A stretch of DNA of 64,000 bases, from assembly GCA_963850305.1 (NCBI GenBank), contig CAWKKR010000005.1:320001-384000 (forward strand), in the 5' to 3' direction. Below the pieces are notes generated by a model. The model searched no databases. It was not told where the DNA came from and saw nothing but the letters and a program-made list of their open reading frames with translations. The position numbers and the translations under genes are program-made. The first letter of the stretch is position 1. Each line of letters opens with the position of its first letter. Source of the stretch: an uncultured delta proteobacterium. GTDB lineage: Bacteria; Myxococcota_A; Polyangia; Polyangiales; Polyangiaceae. Positions 38,824 through 48,183 of this stretch are shown piece by piece.

Positions 38824-39569
38824 AGCTCCTCGTCATCGCAGTCACGGCTGCCGTACTGTTCCGGACGGCAGTGGCGCATGCGGACGAAGACGCATTTGCC
38901 CGCGTGGCCGTCGGGGAGACGGAGCTCCGCTCGGGGCCCGACGTGAGTTCGCGCGTCGTTTACGTCGCGCATCGCGGGGACACGTTCGGTATCGAGGGTC
39001 GTGAGGGGACGGGGTTCTGGCTTCGCGTCGTTCTGCCGGACGGCGGCATTGCGTACGTGCTCGGCGACACGGTCGAGCCCATCGCCGTCGACTCGAACGC
39101 CCCCGACGCCCCTTCACGCCCGGGGTTCTTCGCGCCGCCGGCGCTCGAAGGGGCGCACGGCGGATTCGCGCTGACCTTGGGCCTCTTCGGCGGAAATGGT
39201 TACACGGAGCTGAAGCCGGCGATCGTCCTGGCGCCGTCCATCGCGATCGAGCCGTACGCGGGCGTGGTCCTGTCGGCGGAGGGACGCCGCTTCCTGTACG
39301 GTGGCGGCGGGACGCTGAACTTCGCGCCCAGCTGGGCGATCGCGCCGTACGTGCATCTCGGTGCCGGGGGCCTCACGACGGTCCCGAACCAAGACGCACG
39401 GGTGCTCCGCGGCGGAACCATGGCTCATGCGCGTGCCGGCGGAGGATTGCTCATCTCGCTCAGGTGGAGGATCCTGCTTCGTCTCGAGGTGATGCAGGTC
39501 GTCTTGTTCGAGCCGGATTTCAAGGAGACCGCGCAAAGCTACACGGCTGGGCTCGGCACGTACTTCTAG
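38820..39569 (+). CDS. SH3 domain + outer-membrane beta-barrel protein
   Basis: Signal AVAHA; LRSGP.....V....RGD.F......G.W.RV....G...YV is SH3b-like. Amphipathic strands ending YTAGLGTYF. Confidence 0.78.
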   Translation: MKLLVIAVTAAVLFRTAVAHADEDAFARVAVGETELRSGPDVSSRVVYVAHRGDTFGIEGREGTGFWLRVVLPDGGIAYVLGDTVEPIAVDSNAPDAPSRPGFFAPPALEGAHGGFALTLGLFGGNGYTELKPAIVLAPSIAIEPYAGVVLSAEGRRFLYGGGGTLNFAPSWAIAPYVHLGAGGLTTVPNQDARVLRGGTMAHARAGGGLLISLRWRILLRLEVMQVVLFEPDFKETAQSYTAGLGTYF

Positions 39570-39580
39570 GCAAGAGCGGC

Positions 39581-39796
39581 ATGAAGAGACTTCTCACCGT
39601 CGGCGGCCTCGTGAGCCTCGTCCTGGTTTCCGGGTGCGTCACCGTGCGGCCCGAGCAGCGCGCGATCCTCGCCGATCCGAAGATGCGCTTTCAGGGAGAC
39701 CCGCGGACGGCGGCGGAGCTCGATCACGTGCTCGACAATCGTGAAGGCTCCTTCGGCGGCGGTACCGTCGAAGGGGGCGGCTGCGGCTGCAACTGA
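39581..39796 (+). CDS. DUF4266 family lipoprotein
   Basis: Lipobox VSGC, VRPEQRAILADPKM, REGSFGG...GGGCGCN terminus. Confidence 0.9.
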   Translation: MKRLLTVGGLVSLVLVSGCVTVRPEQRAILADPKMRFQGDPRTAAELDHVLDNREGSFGGGTVEGGGCGCN

Positions 39797-41040
39797 TGCG
39801 TTCGCCGCGTCTCCCATCGGCGTTCGGCGCGGCTTTCGTCGTCGGGCTCGTCGCCCCGATTGCGGCCGCGCAGGTTGCGGAGCTCGACATGCGGAGCAGC
39901 CTGTTCCTCGAGCCGTCCAAGACGAGCCACATGACCGTGATCACGCCGTCCACGTCGGTCAGCGCGTCGCCCGCCGATTTCCTCACGCTGCACGGCGGCT
40001 ACTCGGCGGACATCGTTTCCGGCGCGAGCGAGTCCGTGAAGGCAGGGCGAACGTTCGCGGACACGCCGGACATCGTCTCGGCTGCCTCGGTCCACGACTT
40101 CCGGCAGGTCGCGACCGGGGGCTTCGAGCTGCACCGCGCGCACACGGACCTCGGCGCGACGTACAGCTACGGCACCGAGCACGACTACCGATCCAACGCG
40201 ATCACGGCGACGGCCGGGACCGACTTCTTCGAGCGGAACACGAAGCTCGAGTTTGCTTACTCGCACGGCTTCGACGACGTGTGCGACCTCGCCGCGAACG
40301 CGCTGCAGGCCGTCACGGCGCGCCAGGCGCTCGACCAATCGAAGGGCTGCTTCACGAGCGACAAGACGCGGCGCTCGATCGGCGTCTCGCTGGACAACTT
40401 CCAGGGCGCGTGGACCGAGAGCTGGACACCGGTGTTCGAGTCGCAGGTGGTGCTCACCGGAGCCGTTCAGCAAGGGCTCCTGTCGAATCCGTATCGCTCC
40501 GTCGTGATCGGGCCGTCTGGCGAGACCGCGCAGGAGCATCTCCCGGACAATCGTTCACGAGGGGCCGTCGCGCTGCGGCTCAAGTACTTCGTGCGCCCAT
40601 GGGACGCGTCGTTCGGGGTCGGCGGCCGTGCTTACCGTGACTCGTGGGGCATCATCAGCCAGACGTACGAGCTCGACTACGAGCAGAGCTTGAACGCCTG
40701 GCTCCGGTTCGAGGTCGACGGCCGGTATTACACGCAGACGGGGGCCGTGTTCTGGAGCGACGACTACACCGGCGGCGAGCCGCAGGACGGTCCGCGCGGG
40801 CAATATTTCTCCGGCGATCGAGAGACGTCGCCGCTCCGCAGCGTGCTCGCGGGGACGCGGTTCACGGGAGAGTGGCACGGGCATCCCGGTGCCCGCGTGC
40901 TGCACCTGTTCCTCGACTTCGATGCGTCTCTCGGCGCGACGTTGTTGAAGACGTACCTCGAGGACTTCACGTGGGCCGGCAGGCAACCCGACGACACGAT
41001 CGCGCTAGTGTTCGGCGCGAACCTCACGGGCGGGTTCTAG
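39796..41040 (+). CDS. DUF3570 family outer-membrane beta-barrel
   Basis: ADIVSGAS, EHDYRS, LSNPYRSV, EHLPDNRSR, YRDSWGI, RYYTQTGA.F, terminal Phe. TGATG-coupled to DUF4266. Confidence 0.88.
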   Translation: MRSPRLPSAFGAAFVVGLVAPIAAAQVAELDMRSSLFLEPSKTSHMTVITPSTSVSASPADFLTLHGGYSADIVSGASESVKAGRTFADTPDIVSAASVHDFRQVATGGFELHRAHTDLGATYSYGTEHDYRSNAITATAGTDFFERNTKLEFAYSHGFDDVCDLAANALQAVTARQALDQSKGCFTSDKTRRSIGVSLDNFQGAWTESWTPVFESQVVLTGAVQQGLLSNPYRSVVIGPSGETAQEHLPDNRSRGAVALRLKYFVRPWDASFGVGGRAYRDSWGIISQTYELDYEQSLNAWLRFEVDGRYYTQTGAVFWSDDYTGGEPQDGPRGQYFSGDRETSPLRSVLAGTRFTGEWHGHPGARVLHLFLDFDASLGATLLKTYLEDFTWAGRQPDDTIALVFGANLTGGF

Positions 41041-41047
41041 GCTGGGG

Positions 41048-42169
41048 CTAGAGCCCGTTCTCGCCGTACGCGTAGTCCGTGGTGTCGTTGCAGAGGCCGC
41101 AGTTCGAGCCGACCATGAGGGCGCGCGCCGCCGGATCGTTGTCGAAGATGAGCTTCCAGAAGGCAACGGTCGGCTGCGTGACGCGGTCGGGGGTCAGGAT
41201 GAGCACGAGGTGGCCCTTGAGGGTGTCGGCGGCCGTGCCGACGGGGTTGTGATAGAAGAGATAAGCGGCCTTGGGCGCTGCATCGATGGCGGTCGCCATC
41301 TGGTCCGCGGTGTAGTTCGTGACGTCCATGTCGCCGGAGACGGCGAGGTAGGGCTTCGGAGCCGTGTCGCCCGCGTTGAAGAGGATCGCTGCCGTGACGC
41401 GGCTGTCCTGGGCCGCGATGGCTGTGGACACCGAGCCCTGCGAGTGCCCCATGACGCCGACCTTCGTCAGATCGAGGTGTCCGAAGTAAGGGCTCGACTG
41501 ATCGTCGTTGGCCGCCGCGGCGAAGTCGATCGCATGCGTCTGCTCGACGCCGGTGCCGACCTCGCGCGAGTTCGCGGCGACGATGAAGAAGCCCTGCGAC
41601 GCGACATACCGCAGCAGGCCGCCGTAGGACTCGGGCTGCGCGCACGTCCCGTTGGCCCAGGAGAGCACCGGGATCGTCCCCGACGGCCAGATCGCGGGGC
41701 GATAGACCGTGTAGAGTTTGTAATCGAGGCAGTCGCCGGTGTTGGGCGCCGTCGCGTTGCACGGCTGCGGTCCAGTGTCGGCTAGCTGAGCAGTCTGTGT
41801 GGGATCCTCGTGGAAGACGGAATAGAGGAAGCCTGGCACCGTCTCGGTGCCGATGCACATCGCGTCGTCCATCGGGTCGGTGTTCTCGAAGCCGGCGCCG
41901 ACGTTCACGTCCATGCTCGCGCCGTACTGGCCGAGCTGGAGGTGTGTACCCGGGAGCGTGGTGAACGTGCCGCACGCCTGGGTGATGGGGTGCGCGCTGG
42001 TTTCGCTGCTCTGATCGCAGTCCATGAGCTTGACTTGCGCGCCGCTGTCCTTTTCGCCGCCCGCGTCCTTGCCGTTGCCGGCGTTCTTGTTGCTGCTGCT
42101 GCTGCAGGCCGGGAGCATGAAGCCCATCGTACAGACCGTCGCGATCGAGATGCCAAGACGCGTTCTCAT
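41048..42169 (-). CDS. Alpha/beta-hydrolase lipoprotein (cutinase/chlorophyllase-like)
   Basis: Lipobox LPAC, SWANGT, VASQGFFIVA, nucleophile elbow GHSQG, candidate Asp in SGDMD and His in GHL. Confidence 0.85.
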   Translation of the reverse strand: MRTRLGISIATVCTMGFMLPACSSSSNKNAGNGKDAGGEKDSGAQVKLMDCDQSSETSAHPITQACGTFTTLPGTHLQLGQYGASMDVNVGAGFENTDPMDDAMCIGTETVPGFLYSVFHEDPTQTAQLADTGPQPCNATAPNTGDCLDYKLYTVYRPAIWPSGTIPVLSWANGTCAQPESYGGLLRYVASQGFFIVAANSREVGTGVEQTHAIDFAAAANDDQSSPYFGHLDLTKVGVMGHSQGSVSTAIAAQDSRVTAAILFNAGDTAPKPYLAVSGDMDVTNYTADQMATAIDAAPKAAYLFYHNPVGTAADTLKGHLVLILTPDRVTQPTVAFWKLIFDNDPAARALMVGSNCGLCNDTTDYAYGENGL

Positions 42170-42421
42170 CGAGTTCCCTCTTCCGGTAAGTGCAAGCGCA
42201 CAAGCGATTGCAGATCGCCGTGTGCCATTCTCGCCAGGTCTCTGTCTAGCCCGCTGTCTTCGCCGTCGACGCCAACTTTCATACCCGCGTGGTCACATTC
42301 GTGCCTTGTCGGAACTTTCCGGTATCACTTCTTCGCTCGCCGCGAAGTGACGCTCGAGGACAGGAGTCTGGCGTCCTCGGTGATTGGAGCGGCTCGCTGG
42401 CCGGACTAGGCTGGGACCATC

Positions 42422-43606
42422 ATGCAGCAGCTTTTGTGTGGCTTGGTCAGCACGCGGGCAGGTTTGATCCTGGCGGCGTTGATTCCGGCGCTTGCCGGAT
42501 GTTCCGCCTCGTCCTCGACGGGGCTGGGCGGCACACCCCTCTCGGGGACGGGCGGAAGTTCCGGGATCCTGTTCGGAACCGGTGGGAACGGCTCCGGAGA
42601 CGCGCCCGGCAGCGGCTCGTTCACGGGATTCGGCGGCGAGGTCACGACGATCCCGACCTCCATCGACGCGGGCTCGTGCGGGTACGGCGTCGGCGCCGAG
42701 CAGATCCCGGTCGACGTGTACATGATGATCGACCAGTCGCTCTCGATGACCGCGTCGGATCCGAGCGGAGGGACTCGCTGGAGCGGCATCGTCTCGGCCA
42801 TCACGCAGTTCGTGCAATCTCCCCAGAGCGCGGGAATCGGCGTCGGAGTGCAGTACTTCGGGCTCGGCGGACTCTTCGCGTCGTGCACGCCGGCCGATTA
42901 CGCGAACCCCGAGGTGGAGATTGCGCCCTTGCCGGGCAATGCGGCCAACATCGTGACCTCCCTCGGCAATCACGGGCCCTCGTCGACCACGCCGTCCGAG
43001 CCGGCCCTTCAAGGCGCGATTAACCATGCCATTGCTTGGAAGGGGTCGCACCCAGGTCACACGGTGGTCGTGCTCCTGGTGACGGACGGAGAGCCCGACA
43101 CCTGCGACACCGGAACCGTCGCGGGCGTCGCCAGCATCGCGGCCTCAGGCGTGTCCGGAACGCCGTCGATCCCGACGTACGTGCTCGGCGTCGGGCCGTC
43201 GCTGACCGACCTGAATACGGTCGCCGCCGCGGGTGGTACCGGACAGGCATACGTCGTGAGCAGCGCGAGCGGCGTTGGGGACGCCGTCGTCGCGCAGCTG
43301 AACAAGATCCGCGGCTCGGCGGTGAACCCCTGTGAATTTACGATCCCGACGCCGGCGGCGGGACAGACCTTCAACTACAGCCAGGTCAACGTCATTTACT
43401 CGTCGGCAGACGGCCAATCCCAGTACATCTACAACACCCCCGACGTCTCCAAGTGCGACCCGACGGATCTGGCCTGGTATTACGACAATCCCACCGCGCC
43501 GACGAAGATCACTCTGTGCGACGCCACTTGCCAGACGGTGACCCAGGGCGGCGGGAGCGTTAATTACCAGCTCGGTTGCCCGACGAAACCGGTGCCGATT
43601 CACTAG
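42422..43606 (+). CDS. vWA-domain lipoprotein
   Basis: Lipobox LAGC, Gly linker, MIDAS DQSLS, TTP, VTDGEP, Cys-rich C-terminus. Confidence 0.9.
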   Translation: MQQLLCGLVSTRAGLILAALIPALAGCSASSSTGLGGTPLSGTGGSSGILFGTGGNGSGDAPGSGSFTGFGGEVTTIPTSIDAGSCGYGVGAEQIPVDVYMMIDQSLSMTASDPSGGTRWSGIVSAITQFVQSPQSAGIGVGVQYFGLGGLFASCTPADYANPEVEIAPLPGNAANIVTSLGNHGPSSTTPSEPALQGAINHAIAWKGSHPGHTVVVLLVTDGEPDTCDTGTVAGVASIAASGVSGTPSIPTYVLGVGPSLTDLNTVAAAGGTGQAYVVSSASGVGDAVVAQLNKIRGSAVNPCEFTIPTPAAGQTFNYSQVNVIYSSADGQSQYIYNTPDVSKCDPTDLAWYYDNPTAPTKITLCDATCQTVTQGGGSVNYQLGCPTKPVPIH

Positions 43607-43610
43607 GGTG

Positions 43611-44086
43611 GGGGGTCTTGACCCCCGCGGCTCGCTGCGCGCCCGCTCCCCCGCCGTTTTCCAACGGGGGTCTTGACCCCCGCGGCTCGCTGCGCGCCCG
43701 CTCCCCCGCCGCCTTCGGCGGGCTCGTGTTCGCAAGGGGGTCTTGACCCCCGCGGCTCGCTGCGCGCCCGCTCCCCCGCCGCCTTCGGCGGGCTCGTGTT
43801 CGCAAGGGGGTCTTGACCCCCGCGGCTCGCTGCGCGCCCGCTCCCCCGCCGCCTTCGGCGGGCTCGTGTTCGCAAGGGGGTCTTGACCCCCGCGGCTCGC
43901 TGCGCGCCCGCTCCCCCGCCGCCTTCGGCGGGCTCGTGTTCGCAAGGGGGTCTTGACCCCCGCGGCTCGCTGCGCGCCCGCTCCCCCGCCGCCTTCGGCG
44001 GGCTCGTGTTCGCAAGGGGGTCTTGACCCCCGCGGCTCGCTGCGCGCCCGCTCCCCCGCCGCCTTCGGCGGGCTCGCTTCGCTCGC
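43611..44086. repeat. Tandem array of a 70-bp three-hairpin REP-like unit (5 identical full copies plus 2 partial)
   Basis: Unit GGGGGTCTTGACCCCCGCGGCTCGCTGCGCGCCCGCTCCCCCGCCGCCTTCGGCGGGCTCGTGTTCGCAA at 43666, 43736, 43806, 43876, 43946. Partials at 43611 and 44016. Lies between convergent genes. Confidence 0.95.
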
Positions 44087-44192
44087 GTAGTGCCGTTCGT
44101 TTCATCGCTTACGACGCTCGGGCCCTCGCTCCGCGCGGCGCGTTGGCGCGCTTCTGTCGAGCTCCGGCGCGCGGGCTCGCGCGTGCCCACCT

Positions 44193-45659
44193 TCACTTGT
44201 CTTCGTGGAAGTCTCCGACGCTCGGGAGGTTCGACTGGAGACTCGCGAACTGGGCGTCGCGGTTCGCGCACATGAGGGTCTCTTCGAGGACGGCGGTGCC
44301 GACGTAATCGAGGTCGGTCACGCCGGTGTGCCAGTCGAAGCCGTTCGCGCCGCAGTCGAAGAGAGCGGGGAGACCGATGACCGCGACCGCATCCACGCCG
44401 CAGACCCCGTCGTTGTGCGCGACCTGGATCGCGTTGTTGCCCTGCGCGTTCGTCTGGCAGAGATCCGTCGGTGTGAGGTGGCCACCGTTGGTGACGCCGA
44501 CGAGACGCTTCTTCATGCCGGGCGTGCCGGGCGGTCCGGCGGAGTTGTTGTACGCGTCGGTGATGCTGCCGGCGTTCGCGTTCGGGCACACCACGTCCCC
44601 CACGCCGAGGCCCGCCGAATAACCGAAAACGGTGTCGGACATGCCGGCAAAGTAGAGCGTGGACTTCAGCGTGGACGAGGCCGGAGTCGGCGCCGCGCTG
44701 TCGAGGGGCATGACGACCTGGACGTTCGGGTCGCTTGCGAGGCCCGCCACGGTGCACCCGCCGACGCTGTGTCCGGCGAGCGCGATGCGGTTCATGTCCA
44801 CGTGCCCGGCGAGGAACGCAATGCTGCCCGACGGATTATCGAGGGCCGTGATCTGCGTCTGAATGTCTCCCGAGTAGTCCGCGCTGCCACTCGGCGTGCA
44901 GTTGCACTGGCCCGTGGAGCAGAGCTGGTCGGCGAGGAACAAGCCCGGGTAATCCGCGGCGACCACGACGAATCCGCGGCTCGCCCAGAGCGTCATCGTC
45001 GAGCCAGAGGCGATGCGGAACGAGGCGGTGCCGTGCATGAAAATCACGACGGGGTAGGGGCCGTGCGCGGCGTCAATCGGAATGCCGCGGAACAGGTTTC
45101 CTCCGAGGGGCTGCACGGCGGGCGACTGCGAGTCGGGGATCTTGGAGCGTTCCGCCACCGGGAGCCAATCGCGGACGTCGTAGGTGACCTCCGGCTGACC
45201 TTGTCCGCTCCCGGGGGCGCCCGGATAGAGGACTTCCACCGTCAAGCGCCCGATGGTGACGGTCTGCACGCCGACGACCCAGGGGCCACGCACCGACGGG
45301 TCGTCGGGAACGGGGAGCATGCTGTCGCCCGAGCAGCCGATCGCCGTGCCGCCCGCGGAGCCGCCGCTCCCTGACGTGCCGCCATTGCCGGCGCCACCGT
45401 TGCTCTGTGCCGCGCCGCCGTTCCCGTCGCCGCCGTTACTCTGCGAGAAGCCGCCGTTGCCCTGCGAGGAGCCGCCCGCTCCGGGGTTCGTCTGAAAGCC
45501 GCCTGCGCCGGGGCCGCTGCCTCCCTGGGGGAAGCCGCCCGAGCCGAATGCGCTTCCCGCGCCGGGATATCCGCCGGCGCCTTGGGTTCCCGAGGGCGTC
45601 GAGCCGCCCGCACAGGCGACGAGCGAGAGACCGGCGACGGCGATGAGGAAGCGCTTCAT
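44193..45659 (-). CDS. Alpha/beta-hydrolase lipoprotein (PAF-acetylhydrolase/dienelactone hydrolase-like)
   Basis: Lipobox LVAC, Gly linker, GPYPVVIFMHG, WASRGFVVVAAD, GHSVG, GMSD, GGH. Confidence 0.87.
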   Translation of the reverse strand: MKRFLIAVAGLSLVACAGGSTPSGTQGAGGYPGAGSAFGSGGFPQGGSGPGAGGFQTNPGAGGSSQGNGGFSQSNGGDGNGGAAQSNGGAGNGGTSGSGGSAGGTAIGCSGDSMLPVPDDPSVRGPWVVGVQTVTIGRLTVEVLYPGAPGSGQGQPEVTYDVRDWLPVAERSKIPDSQSPAVQPLGGNLFRGIPIDAAHGPYPVVIFMHGTASFRIASGSTMTLWASRGFVVVAADYPGLFLADQLCSTGQCNCTPSGSADYSGDIQTQITALDNPSGSIAFLAGHVDMNRIALAGHSVGGCTVAGLASDPNVQVVMPLDSAAPTPASSTLKSTLYFAGMSDTVFGYSAGLGVGDVVCPNANAGSITDAYNNSAGPPGTPGMKKRLVGVTNGGHLTPTDLCQTNAQGNNAIQVAHNDGVCGVDAVAVIGLPALFDCGANGFDWHTGVTDLDYVGTAVLEETLMCANRDAQFASLQSNLPSVGDFHEDK

Positions 45660-45895
45660 GAACGACCCTTCGGATGCGGTGACGGTGACCTTCGAGCGAT
45701 GCGGGATGCAGCGCATCGGCGTGAACTCGGATGTGGGAAAAAAGCACAGGGCCAGCGGGTCGGCTAGAGTCGGTACCGCTCAGAAGCCTGCTCGGCGCGC
45801 TCACTCTCGGAGACGGGTCCGTATTTCGTGCCAATCAGTTCCGTATCGCTCGGGATTTGTCCGGTCCTCGCGCGCCGGACTACGTCTCGAGTCGC

Positions 45896-46897
45896 ATGAG
45901 TCCCTCGAGCGCTCGCGTAGTCGAAGACCCCGGCCCCGAATCGATCGCAGGCGATAGATTGGGGGCACGCTACCGACTCCTTTCGCCGCTCGGCCGAGGA
46001 GCGGCGGCTCGCGTATTTCTCGGCCAGGACGAGTACGAGGACGAGCTCGTCGCGGTCAAGGTGATGCCGCGGTACGGCGCGTCGCCGCTCGTGACGCCCG
46101 AGCGGTTCGACGCGGAGGTCCGGGTCGGACGGGGTGTGCCCCATCCGAACGTCGCGCGCGTGCTCGACTCCGGGACCTCGGCGCTCGGCGAGCCCTTCGT
46201 CGTGATCGAGGCGCTCGCGGGTGAGACGCTCGGCGACCGGCTGCGCCGCGACGGCGCGCTGCCCGTGCGCGAAGCTCTGGTCCTCGGGCGCGAAGCCGCG
46301 CGCGGACTCTCGGCGATGCACCGGCGCGGGTTCGTGCACCGCGACGTGAAGCCGGACAATCTGTTCCTCTGCGACGGCCACGACGTCGCGCTCAAGGTCA
46401 TCGACTTCGGCTTCTCGACGCGCGTGGACGCGCCGACGGACGCCGAGCGACGCGTGATGGGCACGCTCGAGTACATCGCGCCCGAGCAAGCGCTGGCCGA
46501 GGTCGTGGACGGACGCGCCGACGTGTACTCGCTCGGCGTGGTCCTGTTCCGCGCGCTCACGGGGCAGCTCCCGTTCGACGCCTGCGCGCGCCGCGGCATC
46601 CTCACGCACCACCTCATGAGCCCGCTGCCGCCCGTCTCGTGGCTGCGCGACGGGGTCGACGACGAGGTCGACCGCCTGGTGCTCTCGGCGACCCGGAAAC
46701 ACCCGGACAATCGCTACGCTACGATGGAAGCCTTCCTGTGGGATATCGACGCCTGGCTCGACGGCGCGGCCGTGTTCGGCGCCGCGCCGAGCGTCTCGCC
46801 GGACGCCTATAGGCCGAGCACGAGCCGGGGTCACCGTGTGCTCTCGACGCTCGTGGAGGAGTGGGACTTAACAGGTGACGAATGCGCGCTAGAGTAG
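45896..46897 (+). CDS. Cytoplasmic Hanks-type Ser/Thr protein kinase
   Basis: LGRGAAARV, VAVK, HRDVKPDN, DFG, GTLEYIAPE, DVYSLG. Confidence 0.93.
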   Translation: MSPSSARVVEDPGPESIAGDRLGARYRLLSPLGRGAAARVFLGQDEYEDELVAVKVMPRYGASPLVTPERFDAEVRVGRGVPHPNVARVLDSGTSALGEPFVVIEALAGETLGDRLRRDGALPVREALVLGREAARGLSAMHRRGFVHRDVKPDNLFLCDGHDVALKVIDFGFSTRVDAPTDAERRVMGTLEYIAPEQALAEVVDGRADVYSLGVVLFRALTGQLPFDACARRGILTHHLMSPLPPVSWLRDGVDDEVDRLVLSATRKHPDNRYATMEAFLWDIDAWLDGAAVFGAAPSVSPDAYRPSTSRGHRVLSTLVEEWDLTGDECALE

Positions 46898-46902
46898 GCG
46901 GG

Positions 46903-47493
46903 ATGAGGCTTCTCTTTTTGCCGCCACTGGTGGCGGCGCTCGCGTGCTCGAGCACGCCGGAGCACAGCCCGTACGCGGCCAACGACTGCACGGGTGCGTG
47001 CCAGACGGAGGTCGGCGCCGGGGGGCCGAGCGGGGATGGGGGTAGCGGGAGCGTCTTCACGGATGGCGGCACCTTCGTGCCCGAAGACGCGGGTACATTT
47101 TCGCAGTGCACGACGGACCCCACCACGGGCGGGACGACGTGTCTCGCTTCCCTGCTCTGCCCTTCCGTCACCATCGATGCGGTCGCGTACGCGGGCTGCG
47201 GCTACCTCCCGGGCGCGACGCTCGACGTCGAATGCGTCTGCGGGAACTTCCTCTGCCCCATCACCGTCGGGACGAGCTGTACTCAGCTCACCGAAGCTCT
47301 GACGAACAACGTATCGTCCCAGGACTTCTGCGACCAGGCCGCTCAGGTGTCCGGCAGTGCGTGCCGCACGGCCGTCGCGACCGGCGCGGGCGGCGGAGGC
47401 TCGACCACATGCGATCAGACGTGCCTCGCGGCCTGCGGCACGGGACCCAACTGCGACAATCTCTGCGGGTGCACCGCGACGCCCACGCCGTGA
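46903..47493 (+). CDS. Cys-rich lipoprotein
   Basis: Lipobox ALAC. Many Cys (CVCGNFLCP, CDQTCLAACG.GPNCDNLCGC). Confidence 0.8.
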   Translation: MRLLFLPPLVAALACSSTPEHSPYAANDCTGACQTEVGAGGPSGDGGSGSVFTDGGTFVPEDAGTFSQCTTDPTTGGTTCLASLLCPSVTIDAVAYAGCGYLPGATLDVECVCGNFLCPITVGTSCTQLTEALTNNVSSQDFCDQAAQVSGSACRTAVATGAGGGGSTTCDQTCLAACGTGPNCDNLCGCTATPTP

Positions 47494-47632
47494 GCGTCGC
47501 GAGCAGCGCACGCGCGGGGTGAGCTGGGTCCACGGCGTGCCGCGTGCGGCGTGCTGGCGTGCCGGGTACCGCGTCGCGGTAAAGCCTTGCCGAAGTCCGC
47601 CCGATCGAGTTAGACCCGCTCTCCCTCAACTC

Positions 47633-47716
<84 letters not shown>

Positions 47717-47789
47717 CCGAACAGCGAGGAGACACGGCGCGGCACGCGCCGTCGGCGGTCGGAGTAGGGGTGCGCGAGCGGGATTCTTG

Positions 47790-47917
47790 GTAGTTCCGCA
47801 TCGACGAGCAGCGTGGTCCCCGAGGGATCAAAGAGGTGCGGAACTACGCGAGCGGAGCGAGCACGCCGAAGGCGGCGGGGGAGCGGTCGCGGAGCGAGCC
47901 GCGGGGGCAAGGCCCCC
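47790..47917 (-). repeat. Single copy of the three-hairpin unit plus the 58-bp GTAG...CTAC cap, reverse orientation
   Basis: Reverse complement of 47790-47847 matches 63628-63685 at 55/58 nt. 47848-47917 is one repeat unit. Confidence 0.9.
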
Positions 47918-47937
47918 TTTCCTGGTAGAACGGATCG

Positions 47938-48183
47938 ATGGCCGAGGGACGCACGCCCGGGCGCGAAGTGGACGCGGACACCGCACCGCCCCGTTACGGC
48001 GATCGCGTGGAGCACTTCGTGTTCGGGTTATGCGACGTGATGGTCGTCCGCGAAGGGCGCATGAAGATCAAGGAGGCCACGGGGGATGGCAAGCTCCGCG
48101 AGATTCATCTGGGGGCCGTCACCGTCGGGCGGCCCGCGCTTCAGGACGGACGTCGCGTGTTCAAGCTCGAGCGGCGCGGCTGA
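47938..48183 (+). CDS. Small SH3/Tudor-like hypothetical protein
   Basis: 81 aa; GDRVEHFVFGLCDV resembles the GD.V.H..FG.G.V pattern. Confidence 0.6.
   Translation: MAEGRTPGREVDADTAPPRYGDRVEHFVFGLCDVMVVREGRMKIKEATGDGKLREIHLGAVTVGRPALQDGRRVFKLERRG

Noticed and set aside
43611..44086. Possible CRISPR array (also 63189-63685 and 62175-62557)
   Set aside because: Units are contiguous with no unique 30-40 nt spacers, and there is no leader or cas gene in the window.
43145..44757. ORFs with repeated peptides crossing the 70-bp array
   Set aside because: The 70-bp period is not a multiple of 3, so the peptides are translations of a DNA repeat.
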